This document shows positions 33,895 to 41,996 of a stretch of DNA of 64,000 nt, piece by piece. Both the position numbers and the translations under genes were made by a program. The stretch comes from an uncultured bacterium (GTDB lineage Bacteria > Lernaellota > Lernaellaia > JACKCT01). The notes beneath the pieces are model-generated. The model made no database searches. It saw only the letters and a list, made by a program, of their open reading frames with translations, and was not told where the DNA came from. The DNA is taken from NCBI GenBank assembly GCA_964586775.1, contig CAZPJD010000225.1, forward strand, positions 464 through 64,463, in the 5' to 3' direction. Numbering within the stretch: the stretch's first letter is position 1; each line of letters begins with the position of its first letter.

Positions 33895-34673
33895 AGGAGC
33901 GCGACGCCGAGCTCGCCGGCCACATGACGCTGACGGAGCACCTGACCGAGCTGCGCAAGCGGCTGCTGTGGTGCGTGGGCGCGATCGGCGTGTGCTTTTT
34001 CGCCGCGTGGAATTTTGCGCCGCGCATCTTCGCCCTGTTCATGGAGCCGCTCACGCGCGTGCTGGGCGAGGGCCGGCAGGTGGTGTTCACGTCGCCCGCC
34101 GAGGCGTTCATCACCTACATGAAGGTCGCCGTGACGGTGGGCGTATTCGCGTCGGCGCCGGTGATCTTCTGGCAGATTTGGCGCTTCGTCGCGCCGGGGC
34201 TGTACCGCCGCGAGCGCGCGTATTTCGGCGCGGTGGTGATCGTCGGATCGTTCTTCTTCGTGGGCGGCGCGCTCTTCGGCTACTTCAGCGTCTTCCCCAT
34301 CGGATTCGCCTACTTCATCAAGACCTTCGAGACCGAAACCATCCGCGCGATGATCAGCGTGAAAGAATACTGGAGTTTCGCGCTCACGATGCTCGTGTGC
34401 TTCGGCGTCGCGTTCGAGCTTCCCGTCTTCGTGTTCTTTCTCGCGAGGGTCGGTATCGTCACGCCGCAGTGGCTCTGGAAAAACTTCCGCTACGCCGTGC
34501 TCGTCATCTTCATCGCGGCGGCGATCTTTACGCCGCCCGACATCATCTCGCAGATCACCCTCGGCGTGCCGCTCGTCATCCTCTACCTGCTCGCCACCGG
34601 CGCGGCGTATCTGTTCGGCTCGAGAAAAAAGCCGGTCGAATCCGCGGCCGACGCCGCATCCGCCGACGAGTAG
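33891..34673 (+). CDS. tatC: Twin-arginine translocase subunit TatC
   Basis: 260 aa, 6 TM; 'LTEHLTELRKRLL' N-terminus; 4-nt ATGA overlap with the upstream tat gene. Confidence 0.9.
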   Translation: MKERDAELAGHMTLTEHLTELRKRLLWCVGAIGVCFFAAWNFAPRIFALFMEPLTRVLGEGRQVVFTSPAEAFITYMKVAVTVGVFASAPVIFWQIWRFVAPGLYRRERAYFGAVVIVGSFFFVGGALFGYFSVFPIGFAYFIKTFETETIRAMISVKEYWSFALTMLVCFGVAFELPVFVFFLARVGIVTPQWLWKNFRYAVLVIFIAAAIFTPPDIISQITLGVPLVILYLLATGAAYLFGSRKKPVESAADAASADE

Positions 34674-34680
34674 GCCCCCT

Positions 34681-35325
34681 TCACCGCTTTCGCACGCGGC
34701 CCGTGCTCACGGCCCACCAGCCGTAGGCGAATCCGCCGATGTGCGCCCACCACGCCACACCCGGCGCGCCGGGGTCGCTCATGATCGATCCGAGGATTTG
34801 CATGCCGAGCCAAAGACCGATGAAGATGCGCGCACGCCAGATGAAAAAGATCGGGTAGATGACAATGAGAAAAAATCCCTTGATGCGCGCGGCGGGAAAC
34901 AGATGCAGGTATGCGCCCAGCACCGCCGCCACCGCGCCCGACGCCCCGACCATCGGCACGCGCGATCCCCGCTGCACCACCGCGTGCGCGAGGCACGCGA
35001 CCATCGCGGCGACGAGATAGAAACGCACGAACGCGCCGCGCCCCAGCCGGTCCTCGACGTTGTCGCCGAAGACCCACAGGAACAGCATGTTTCCCGCCAG
35101 ATGCGCGATGCCGCCATGCAGGAACGCGCTGGTGATCGCCGTGACCGGTGTGAGGACCGAATCCCATGCCCACGGATGCAGCAGCTGATAGGGCACCGCC
35201 GCGAAACGCAACCCCGCATCCCGCGCGCCGAGCTGCCACACGAATGCGGCGACATTCGCCGCGATGAGCAGCGTCGTCATCACCGGCGCGCGGCGCGTGG
35301 GGTTGAGGTCGCGATAGGGAATCAT
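34681..35325 (-). CDS. Rhomboid-family intramembrane serine protease
   Basis: 6-7 TM; 'GASGAV' GxSG catalytic Ser and 'AHIGGF' His helix; convergent with tatC (7 bp apart). Confidence 0.75.
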   Translation of the reverse strand: MIPYRDLNPTRRAPVMTTLLIAANVAAFVWQLGARDAGLRFAAVPYQLLHPWAWDSVLTPVTAITSAFLHGGIAHLAGNMLFLWVFGDNVEDRLGRGAFVRFYLVAAMVACLAHAVVQRGSRVPMVGASGAVAAVLGAYLHLFPAARIKGFFLIVIYPIFFIWRARIFIGLWLGMQILGSIMSDPGAPGVAWWAHIGGFAYGWWAVSTGRVRKR

Positions 35326-35432
35326 GCCCGGGCAGGAATAGCACAACGGTCGCGCGGGCGCGACGTGTCGCGCCGATCTTGTTGACGCCGACGCGGCGCG
35401 CGAGAATGATGTGGCGCGACTTTGGGGGTCGA

Positions 35433-36485
35433 ATGTCCATCGCCGCGACGACCGTGACCGAGATGTACGAACGCATGCGCGAGCGCTTGGCGCGCCTCGT
35501 GCCCGAGGCCGAGCTGCGCCTGAAGGCCGAGATCGCGTTCGAGGTCAATCGCCTCAAGGCCGAGCGCGGCGCGATCGTCCTCGGCCACAACTACATGGAG
35601 CCCGCGCTCTTCCACTCGGTCTGCGACGTGGTGGGCGATTCGCTGGAACTCTCGCGGCGCGCCGCGGCGGCGAGCGCGGACCCGATTGTGTTTTGCGGCG
35701 TGCGTTTCATGGCCGAAACGGCGAAGATCCTGAATCCCGAACGCACCGTTTTGCTGCCCGCGAAAAAAGCGGGGTGTTCGCTCGCCGACGGCATCACCGC
35801 CGAAGACGTGCGCCGACTGCGCGAGGCGTATCCCGGCGTGCCGATCGTCACCTACATCAACACCTACGCCGACGTGAAGGCCGAGGTGGACGTGGTGTGC
35901 ACGTCGGGCAACGCGGTGCGCGTGGTGAGGGCGCTCGATTCCGACCTCGTGATTTTCCTGCCCGACGAATACCTGGCGCGCAACGTCGCCGCCGAGACGG
36001 GCAAGACGATTCTCGTGCCGACGGGCGATCTGGATTCGCTCGGGGACGTGCGCGCGCGCGGCATCGGCATGATCGGCTGGCGCGCCCGCTGCGAGGTCCA
36101 CGAAAAATACACGGTGGACGACATCGCGAATGTGCGGCGGCAGTTCCCCGACGTGTACGTGCTCGCGCATCCCGAGTGCCGCCCCGAGGTCGTCGAGGCC
36201 GCGGACTATTCCGGCAGCACGACGCAGATGGTACACCAGGTGAAACAGCACGACGCGGCGCACTATCTGCTGCTCACCGAATGCAGCATGGGCGACAACA
36301 TCATCGCCGAGAACCCCGAGCGCGACATTTTGCGGATGTGCTCGGTGCGCTGCCCGCACATGAACGAGATCACGCTCGAAAACGTGCTCGATTCGCTGCG
36401 CCACGACGCGGAGACGATCGAGGTCGAGGAATCGGTGCGTGTGCGCGCGCGCAAATCGCTCGACCGGATGCTGGCGATCGGGTGA
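35433..36485 (+). CDS. nadA: Quinolinate synthase
   Basis: 'IVLGHNYM', 'VVCTSGNAV', 'HPECRPEV' NadA blocks; ~350 aa. Confidence 0.85.
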   Translation: MSIAATTVTEMYERMRERLARLVPEAELRLKAEIAFEVNRLKAERGAIVLGHNYMEPALFHSVCDVVGDSLELSRRAAAASADPIVFCGVRFMAETAKILNPERTVLLPAKKAGCSLADGITAEDVRRLREAYPGVPIVTYINTYADVKAEVDVVCTSGNAVRVVRALDSDLVIFLPDEYLARNVAAETGKTILVPTGDLDSLGDVRARGIGMIGWRARCEVHEKYTVDDIANVRRQFPDVYVLAHPECRPEVVEAADYSGSTTQMVHQVKQHDAAHYLLLTECSMGDNIIAENPERDILRMCSVRCPHMNEITLENVLDSLRHDAETIEVEESVRVRARKSLDRMLAIG

Positions 36486-36507
36486 GGGCCGAAGGAGAAT
36501 CACGAAG

Positions 36508-37902
36508 ATGCGGACCTACTGCCGGAAGGTTTTGTTCCTTCCCCTCTTGGCCGTATTGCTTCTCACCGGCTGCACAGGAGACGACGATTCGCCTTCGTCG
36601 GACTCCGGCGTAACAAGCGATGACGACTCGGCGTCGGACGACGACACGACCGCCGATGACGACGCGGCGGACGACGATCTCGCGGACGATGACGACGACG
36701 GGCCGAGTTATCGCCCGATCCTGTTCGTGCATGGATTCCTCGAAGACGGCGACGCCTTTCACGCGCAGTCGCAGCGCTTCGCCACGAACGACTACGACCT
36801 CGATCGCGTCTTCGCCGTCGATTACAACACGCTCTGGGCGACGCCGGACGCCGTCGATCTGATCGGCGGGGCGATCGACGAGATCCGCGCGCTCACCGGC
36901 GCCGACGACGTCGACCTGATCGGCCACTCGATGGGCGGGTCGATGGGCGCGGATTATCTGCAGGGCGCCCCCGCGCCGAACCACGTCGCCCACTACGCCC
37001 ACGTGGCGTCCTTCGATTTCGAAACGGCGGGCATCGACGCGCCGATCCTCAATCTGTCGTCCGAGGCCGATGCGGTGGTCGGTGCGCGAGAGATCGACGG
37101 CGCGACCAACGTGGTGCTGCCCGGCCTCGACCACCTGCAACTCGCGACGTCGCCCGAGACCTTCGAGCAGCTCTTCACCTTCTTCAACGGCGAGCCGCCC
37201 GCGACGCTCGAGGTCGAGCCCGCCTCGCCCATCACGCTCTCGGGACGCACACTCGTCTTCGGCACGAACGAGCCCGCGCCCGCGCAGATCGTGCGCATCT
37301 TCGCGGTCGATCCCGCGACGGGGGAGCGCGACGCCGCCGAGCCCGACGCGGTTTTCACGTCCGACGCGACCGGCGCGTGGGGCCCATTCGATGCTGAGCC
37401 GGACACGCACTACGAGTTCGAGATCCGCGACGAGGCCGGGCGCTGGCCGGCGGTGCGTTATTACCGCGAGCCGTTTATGCGTTCGAGCCGCCTCGTGCAC
37501 TTTCGCGTGTTGCCCGATTTCGATTCGGCGTTCGCGGTGCCGTTCAAGCTGCTACCGCTGCTGGGTGATCGCGTCGCCTTTGCCTCGCTCAACCTCAACC
37601 GCGCGGCGATCGCCGGGCGCGACACCTTCACCGTGGACGGAATCGACCTGGCGACCGAAGACGTTACGCCCGCCGACCAGAGCGTTCTCGCGGCGGTGTT
37701 CGCCGATCTCAACTTCAACGGCGCCACCGACGGACCGATCCTGCCCGGCATCGTCGGCCTCTTTCCGTTCTTCACGATCTACGATCTTTTCGCCGATCCC
37801 GGCGTCGGCGATCCCATCCCGATCGAATTCAACGGACGCACTCTGACGATCCGAGGGGACGAGGGCCCCGCCGAGTCGCTCTCCATCGCTCAATTCGACT
37901 GA
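36508..37902 (+). CDS. Lipoprotein lipase/esterase (alpha/beta-hydrolase) with N-terminal poly-Asp tether
   Basis: 'MRTYCRKVLFLPLLAVLLLTGC' lipobox followed by 'TGDDDSPSSDSGVTSDDDSASDDDTTADDDAADDDLADDDDDG'; 'ILFVHGF' and 'GHSMGGS' (GxSxG). Confidence 0.7.
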   Translation: MRTYCRKVLFLPLLAVLLLTGCTGDDDSPSSDSGVTSDDDSASDDDTTADDDAADDDLADDDDDGPSYRPILFVHGFLEDGDAFHAQSQRFATNDYDLDRVFAVDYNTLWATPDAVDLIGGAIDEIRALTGADDVDLIGHSMGGSMGADYLQGAPAPNHVAHYAHVASFDFETAGIDAPILNLSSEADAVVGAREIDGATNVVLPGLDHLQLATSPETFEQLFTFFNGEPPATLEVEPASPITLSGRTLVFGTNEPAPAQIVRIFAVDPATGERDAAEPDAVFTSDATGAWGPFDAEPDTHYEFEIRDEAGRWPAVRYYREPFMRSSRLVHFRVLPDFDSAFAVPFKLLPLLGDRVAFASLNLNRAAIAGRDTFTVDGIDLATEDVTPADQSVLAAVFADLNFNGATDGPILPGIVGLFPFFTIYDLFADPGVGDPIPIEFNGRTLTIRGDEGPAESLSIAQFD

Positions 37903-37962
37903 GCGCCGCGTCGCGCGATCCACGCGGTTGCGCGCCGTGCGCGGTTTCCCGATCATGACGCG

Positions 37963-39978
37963 GTGGGCAAGATGAACATCACGGAGCGCCGCGCGTGGAC
38001 GATCTACGGTGCGGCGTGGTGCGTCTGGCATCTGCTCGTTTTTCTCTCGACGCCCGACACCGGCCTGCACATCGGGAATCACGAAGAGGCGATGAGCGGC
38101 AACCTCGCGCGGGCGCTCGTCGAGGGCCTCGCCCTGCCCGCGTGGCATTATCAATACGCCCATCACACGCACGGCACGTTCCTTTACGGCCTGCTGCTCG
38201 CGCCGATCTACGCGATTGGCGGATCATCGATTCTGTGGGTCAAGGCGCTGGGGCTCGCGTTCGCCGCGGCAGGAACGGCGCTGTGGATCGCCCTGGTGCG
38301 CCGCGCCTTCGGGCCGCGAACGGCGGCGATCTTCGCGGCGTGGTGGCTCGTCGCCCCGCCCGCGCTGATGCGGATGCAGCACCTCGCGTGGGCGAATCAC
38401 ATGGAGAGCATCGCGTGGATCGGTGCGATGCTGCTCGTCTTCGCGGGTGCGGACGACTCCGAACCTTCTCCGAAACGCTTCGCGTGGCTCGGCGCGCTCG
38501 CGGGATTCGCGAGTTTCTTCTGCCTGCAGAGCCTGCTCGTCGCCGTGCCGCTCGCGGTCCTGACACTCTGGCGTTGGCGTCGCGCGGCAATTCGGCCCCT
38601 CGCCGCCGCCGTGCCCGCGTTCGTCGCCGCCTACAGCCCCCACTGGCTTTACCAACACGCGATGTATCGCTCCCTCAACCTCGAAGCGAAGCACCCCGAT
38701 CTCGTCGCCCGCGCACGCGCATTCGCCGAGGTCGTCCCCGAGGCGCTCGCCTACGCGTGGCCGATCGTGACATGGCTCGCGGTCGCCGCGGTCGCGGTCG
38801 CGCTCATCTTCGCCATTCGCGAATTCGCGCGCCCGGCTCGCCGCTACACCGATCGCTCCGGGCCGTGGGTGCTGCGCGCGCTCGTGCTCCACATCGCCGC
38901 GTTTTTTGCCGCCAATGTGCTGTCGACCTTTGCCGTCGAGCCCTACGCGCTCGACGTCTATCGATTCCGGTACGTCACGCCGCTCTTTCCCACGGCCATG
39001 GCGATCGCCGCGTGGGCGCTCGCGGCGTGGCCGCGATTCGCCGCCATCGTACTCGCGCCGCTGATCGTCGCCGGTGCGTTCGACGCCCGCGTGCCGCAGA
39101 CGATCGCGTCGGTGGCGGCGCAGGCGCGCGACGGGATTCCCGGCGCGTGGATGTGGGAACTGCGCGGCGACAACCTGCGCCCGATCGTCGAGCAGAACGC
39201 GCCGTTTGCGTGGGGCAACGCGCTGGAGATTCGCGGCGACCGCGACGAGACGTGGCGCGAGATCGCCGACCAGATCGGTCGTTTGCCGACCGAGTGGCGC
39301 GCGCTCGCCTGCGAGACCCTCGCGCTCGATCGCGGCGAGACCGCGCCCGATTTCGTGCGCGCGTCGTGCGGGCCGACCGCCGACGCCTCGTGGCGGCGCG
39401 GACTCGGCCGCCGACAATTACGAATCGTGTTCAACGGCATGTTCCAGGACCCGAGCCCCGAAGCCATCGGCCGCGCGTTTGGGGGCGTTTGCGCGAAGGC
39501 CGACGCCGATCTCGCGCGCGGATTCGCCTACGAATTTCTCGCGCAATACGAGGTGCGCACACACGCGCGTTTTCGCATCGAGGACGCCGCGCAGACGCGC
39601 GCGGCGGTCTCGTCGGTGCTCGCGAGCACGGACGCCGAGGCGTGCGCGGGCGCGGCGATCGCGAACGGGATGGGGCGCTTCGTCGCCGAGCTGGAGATCG
39701 ACCGCGCGCCGTTCACGACACTGTCGCGCTTCACGCCGCTCGATCCCACGCCGGAACGAATGGCGGAGTTCGAGAGCGGTTACGCCTCGGGCATGGCTCT
39801 CGCGTTCATCGCGAAGTGGCGCTGCGCGCCCGGCGATCTGCCACTGCTGCGCACGCCGCAACTCGCCCCGCGCCTTGCCGACATGAGCCTTCGTCTCGAA
39901 GCGCGCGGCGAACGCATGTGCCTCGCGCGGATGCCGGCCGACTGGACAGCGCCGGGCGCGGCCCCGACAATGCCGTGA
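37963..39978 (+). CDS. Polytopic membrane protein, putative GT-C-type glycosyltransferase (resembles 17..1492 in architecture)
   Basis: ~11 TM helices in the first ~370 aa then a soluble C-terminal domain; 671 aa. Confidence 0.55.
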   Translation: MGKMNITERRAWTIYGAAWCVWHLLVFLSTPDTGLHIGNHEEAMSGNLARALVEGLALPAWHYQYAHHTHGTFLYGLLLAPIYAIGGSSILWVKALGLAFAAAGTALWIALVRRAFGPRTAAIFAAWWLVAPPALMRMQHLAWANHMESIAWIGAMLLVFAGADDSEPSPKRFAWLGALAGFASFFCLQSLLVAVPLAVLTLWRWRRAAIRPLAAAVPAFVAAYSPHWLYQHAMYRSLNLEAKHPDLVARARAFAEVVPEALAYAWPIVTWLAVAAVAVALIFAIREFARPARRYTDRSGPWVLRALVLHIAAFFAANVLSTFAVEPYALDVYRFRYVTPLFPTAMAIAAWALAAWPRFAAIVLAPLIVAGAFDARVPQTIASVAAQARDGIPGAWMWELRGDNLRPIVEQNAPFAWGNALEIRGDRDETWREIADQIGRLPTEWRALACETLALDRGETAPDFVRASCGPTADASWRRGLGRRQLRIVFNGMFQDPSPEAIGRAFGGVCAKADADLARGFAYEFLAQYEVRTHARFRIEDAAQTRAAVSSVLASTDAEACAGAAIANGMGRFVAELEIDRAPFTTLSRFTPLDPTPERMAEFESGYASGMALAFIAKWRCAPGDLPLLRTPQLAPRLADMSLRLEARGERMCLARMPADWTAPGAAPTMP

Positions 39979-40967
39979 TGTCATTAGTCGATCCATTGAG
40001 CGATTCGGTTTCGCGCGCTCTCTCGGACGCGTTCGCGGGCGTATCGGGCCCGTTCTTTTTCGTGGGGTCCGGCAAGAACGCGGGCAAGACGACCGCGATG
40101 AACGCGGCGAACCGCGTGTTGGCGACGCGCGGCGCCGACGTGGGCGTGACGACGATCGGCCACGACGGCGAGGGGCGCGACGCGATCCTGGGCACCGAAA
40201 AGCCGCCGGTCGAGGTCTTCGCCGGCAACCTCGTGTGCCTCACGCGCCGGATGATGGACGACGCGGGCGACGCGCTCGCCCCCGTGGCGTCCACCGGATT
40301 TGTCACGCCGATGGGCGCGCTCGAGATCGCCCGCGCGCTTTACCCGGCGAACGTCGAGATCCTCGGACCCGAGACCAACGCGCGCTGTGCGGCGGTGTGC
40401 GACCAGATGCGGAGGCTGGGCGCGCGCATCGTGCTGGTCGACGGTGCGTTTTCGCGGCGCACGCAGATCGCGATGCACGACGAATCGCCGCTCGCCCTGA
40501 TTGCGTCGGGCGATTTGGGGGCGACGACCGGCGAGGTGAGGGCGACGATCCGCTATTGGGTGGAGTTGCTCGATCTGCCGCGCGCGGGCGAACCCGACGA
40601 CGAAGCGGCGGGTATCGAAACGCCGGGGGGCGTAACGGGGGCGTCGATCCTGTTCACTGACGCATGCGTGCGCGTGCGCGGTCCGCTGCTGGGCGAGACG
40701 GCGGCGAAGCTCGCGCGAATGGCGCGCAGGCGGCGGGTCGTGCTCGACGATGCCACCAAGGTGTTTTGCGAGGAGCGCGAATGGCGGGCGCTTCGCGACG
40801 CGTGCGCGTCGGTCAATGTCGTCCGCTCGTTCGATTTGCGGTTCGTCGCCGCGAACCCGACCGCGCGTTTCAAGGGGGCGTTCGACGCGGATGAGTTCGC
40901 ACGCGCGCTCAAAGACGCCGCGCCGAACAAGCCGGTGATCGATGTCGTTGCCCGAATCGTTCTTTGA
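39978..40967 (+). CDS. P-loop NTPase of unknown function
   Basis: ATG overlaps the upstream stop (TGATG); Walker A 'GSGKNAGKTT' near the N-terminus; 329 aa. Confidence 0.55.
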   Translation: MSLVDPLSDSVSRALSDAFAGVSGPFFFVGSGKNAGKTTAMNAANRVLATRGADVGVTTIGHDGEGRDAILGTEKPPVEVFAGNLVCLTRRMMDDAGDALAPVASTGFVTPMGALEIARALYPANVEILGPETNARCAAVCDQMRRLGARIVLVDGAFSRRTQIAMHDESPLALIASGDLGATTGEVRATIRYWVELLDLPRAGEPDDEAAGIETPGGVTGASILFTDACVRVRGPLLGETAAKLARMARRRRVVLDDATKVFCEEREWRALRDACASVNVVRSFDLRFVAANPTARFKGAFDADEFARALKDAAPNKPVIDVVARIVL

Positions 40968-40985
40968 CGCGTCGACGATTCCCGC

Positions 40986-41996
40986 TTACGGGAACAGCGG
41001 ATACGGCTTGCCGAGCTTGTAGCTGAGATTCGCGAAGAATCGCGTTTCGTCGTCCATATCCCGCGCCTCGAGGTAGACCTGCTCCGCGCCCGCGGTCACG
41101 TTGATGTGGTGCGTCGTGAAACGCAGCGCACCGACGATGCCGTTGCGATCTTCCTCGTTCGTGGTGCCGCGCATGAGCACGCCGTCGTATTCGACGATGA
41201 GCGTGACGAAGTTGCGCGGGTGCAGCGGGAACACCATGCCCAGATGCACCTCGCCGCTCTTTTCCTCGTAATCGCGCCCGCTCACGCCCAGGTCGCGCAG
41301 CACGAGCTGGCCGTCGGCCATGATGGCGAACGCGTACTCGGTGAAAAACAGGTCGTTGATCTCGACGCCGGTGGCGACCAGCAGCCGCGCGCCCCACGAT
41401 TTCACGTCGGATACGCCGTCCTCGTATTCGATGCCGGGCGCGATGCCGCCGAGCCCGATGGCGAGCGGCGGGAGAAAGAGCGAGGGGTGCGCATAGCCCC
41501 ACTTGAACATGCCCTCGACGCTGCCGATGCCCGCGTGGCTGGTCTGGCCGAACACGCGCTCGCGACGACCGAACTCGTCGATGCGCTCGCCGACGGCCAG
41601 GTCGGATTCGACGTAGGGGATGTGAAGTCCGAACTCGAATCCGGCGGGAATCCCCACGCCCGCATTGAAGACGTATTCGGTGCGCGTGTAATCGGGGTCG
41701 GGGTTCGTCTGCTGCAGATACGCGGTGCCGACCTCCACGGTGCCGGGATCCAGCGTGCGCGACGACGTGGTGAAGAACAGGCCCGACATGCCTTTGTAGT
41801 TTTGCGGCAGGTTGTTGACCTTGGGCTTCGCGTCCTGCACCTGCGGGCCCGACGGCGCGGCGGGTTCGACATCGGTCGTCGCCGGAGCCGCACCCTCGTC
41901 CTCATCCTCGTCCTGCGCCCACGCCGGCGCGGCGATCGTCATGATCGCGAATACGGCGACCGCGCCCCACGCCCCCATGCGCATTCCCGATTTCAT
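40986..41996 (-). CDS. Outer-membrane beta-barrel protein (signal peptide, acidic linker)
   Basis: 'MKSGMRMGAWGAVAVFAIMTIAAPAWAQDEDEDEG'; alternating hydrophobic beta-strand pattern; C-terminal '...YPLFP'; ATGA overlap with the CapD-like gene; merged into a spurious 915-aa ORF in the table. Confidence 0.6.
   Translation of the reverse strand: MKSGMRMGAWGAVAVFAIMTIAAPAWAQDEDEDEGAAPATTDVEPAAPSGPQVQDAKPKVNNLPQNYKGMSGLFFTTSSRTLDPGTVEVGTAYLQQTNPDPDYTRTEYVFNAGVGIPAGFEFGLHIPYVESDLAVGERIDEFGRRERVFGQTSHAGIGSVEGMFKWGYAHPSLFLPPLAIGLGGIAPGIEYEDGVSDVKSWGARLLVATGVEINDLFFTEYAFAIMADGQLVLRDLGVSGRDYEEKSGEVHLGMVFPLHPRNFVTLIVEYDGVLMRGTTNEEDRNGIVGALRFTTHHINVTAGAEQVYLEARDMDDETRFFANLSYKLGKPYPLFP

Noticed and set aside
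34681-35325. Rhomboid as a rhombosortase for the Gly/Cys C-terminal tails
   Set aside because: GlyGly-CTERM substrates have a TM helix and basic cluster after the GG. The tails here have no hydrophobic segment. The rhomboid also sits in a housekeeping context (tatBC, nadA).
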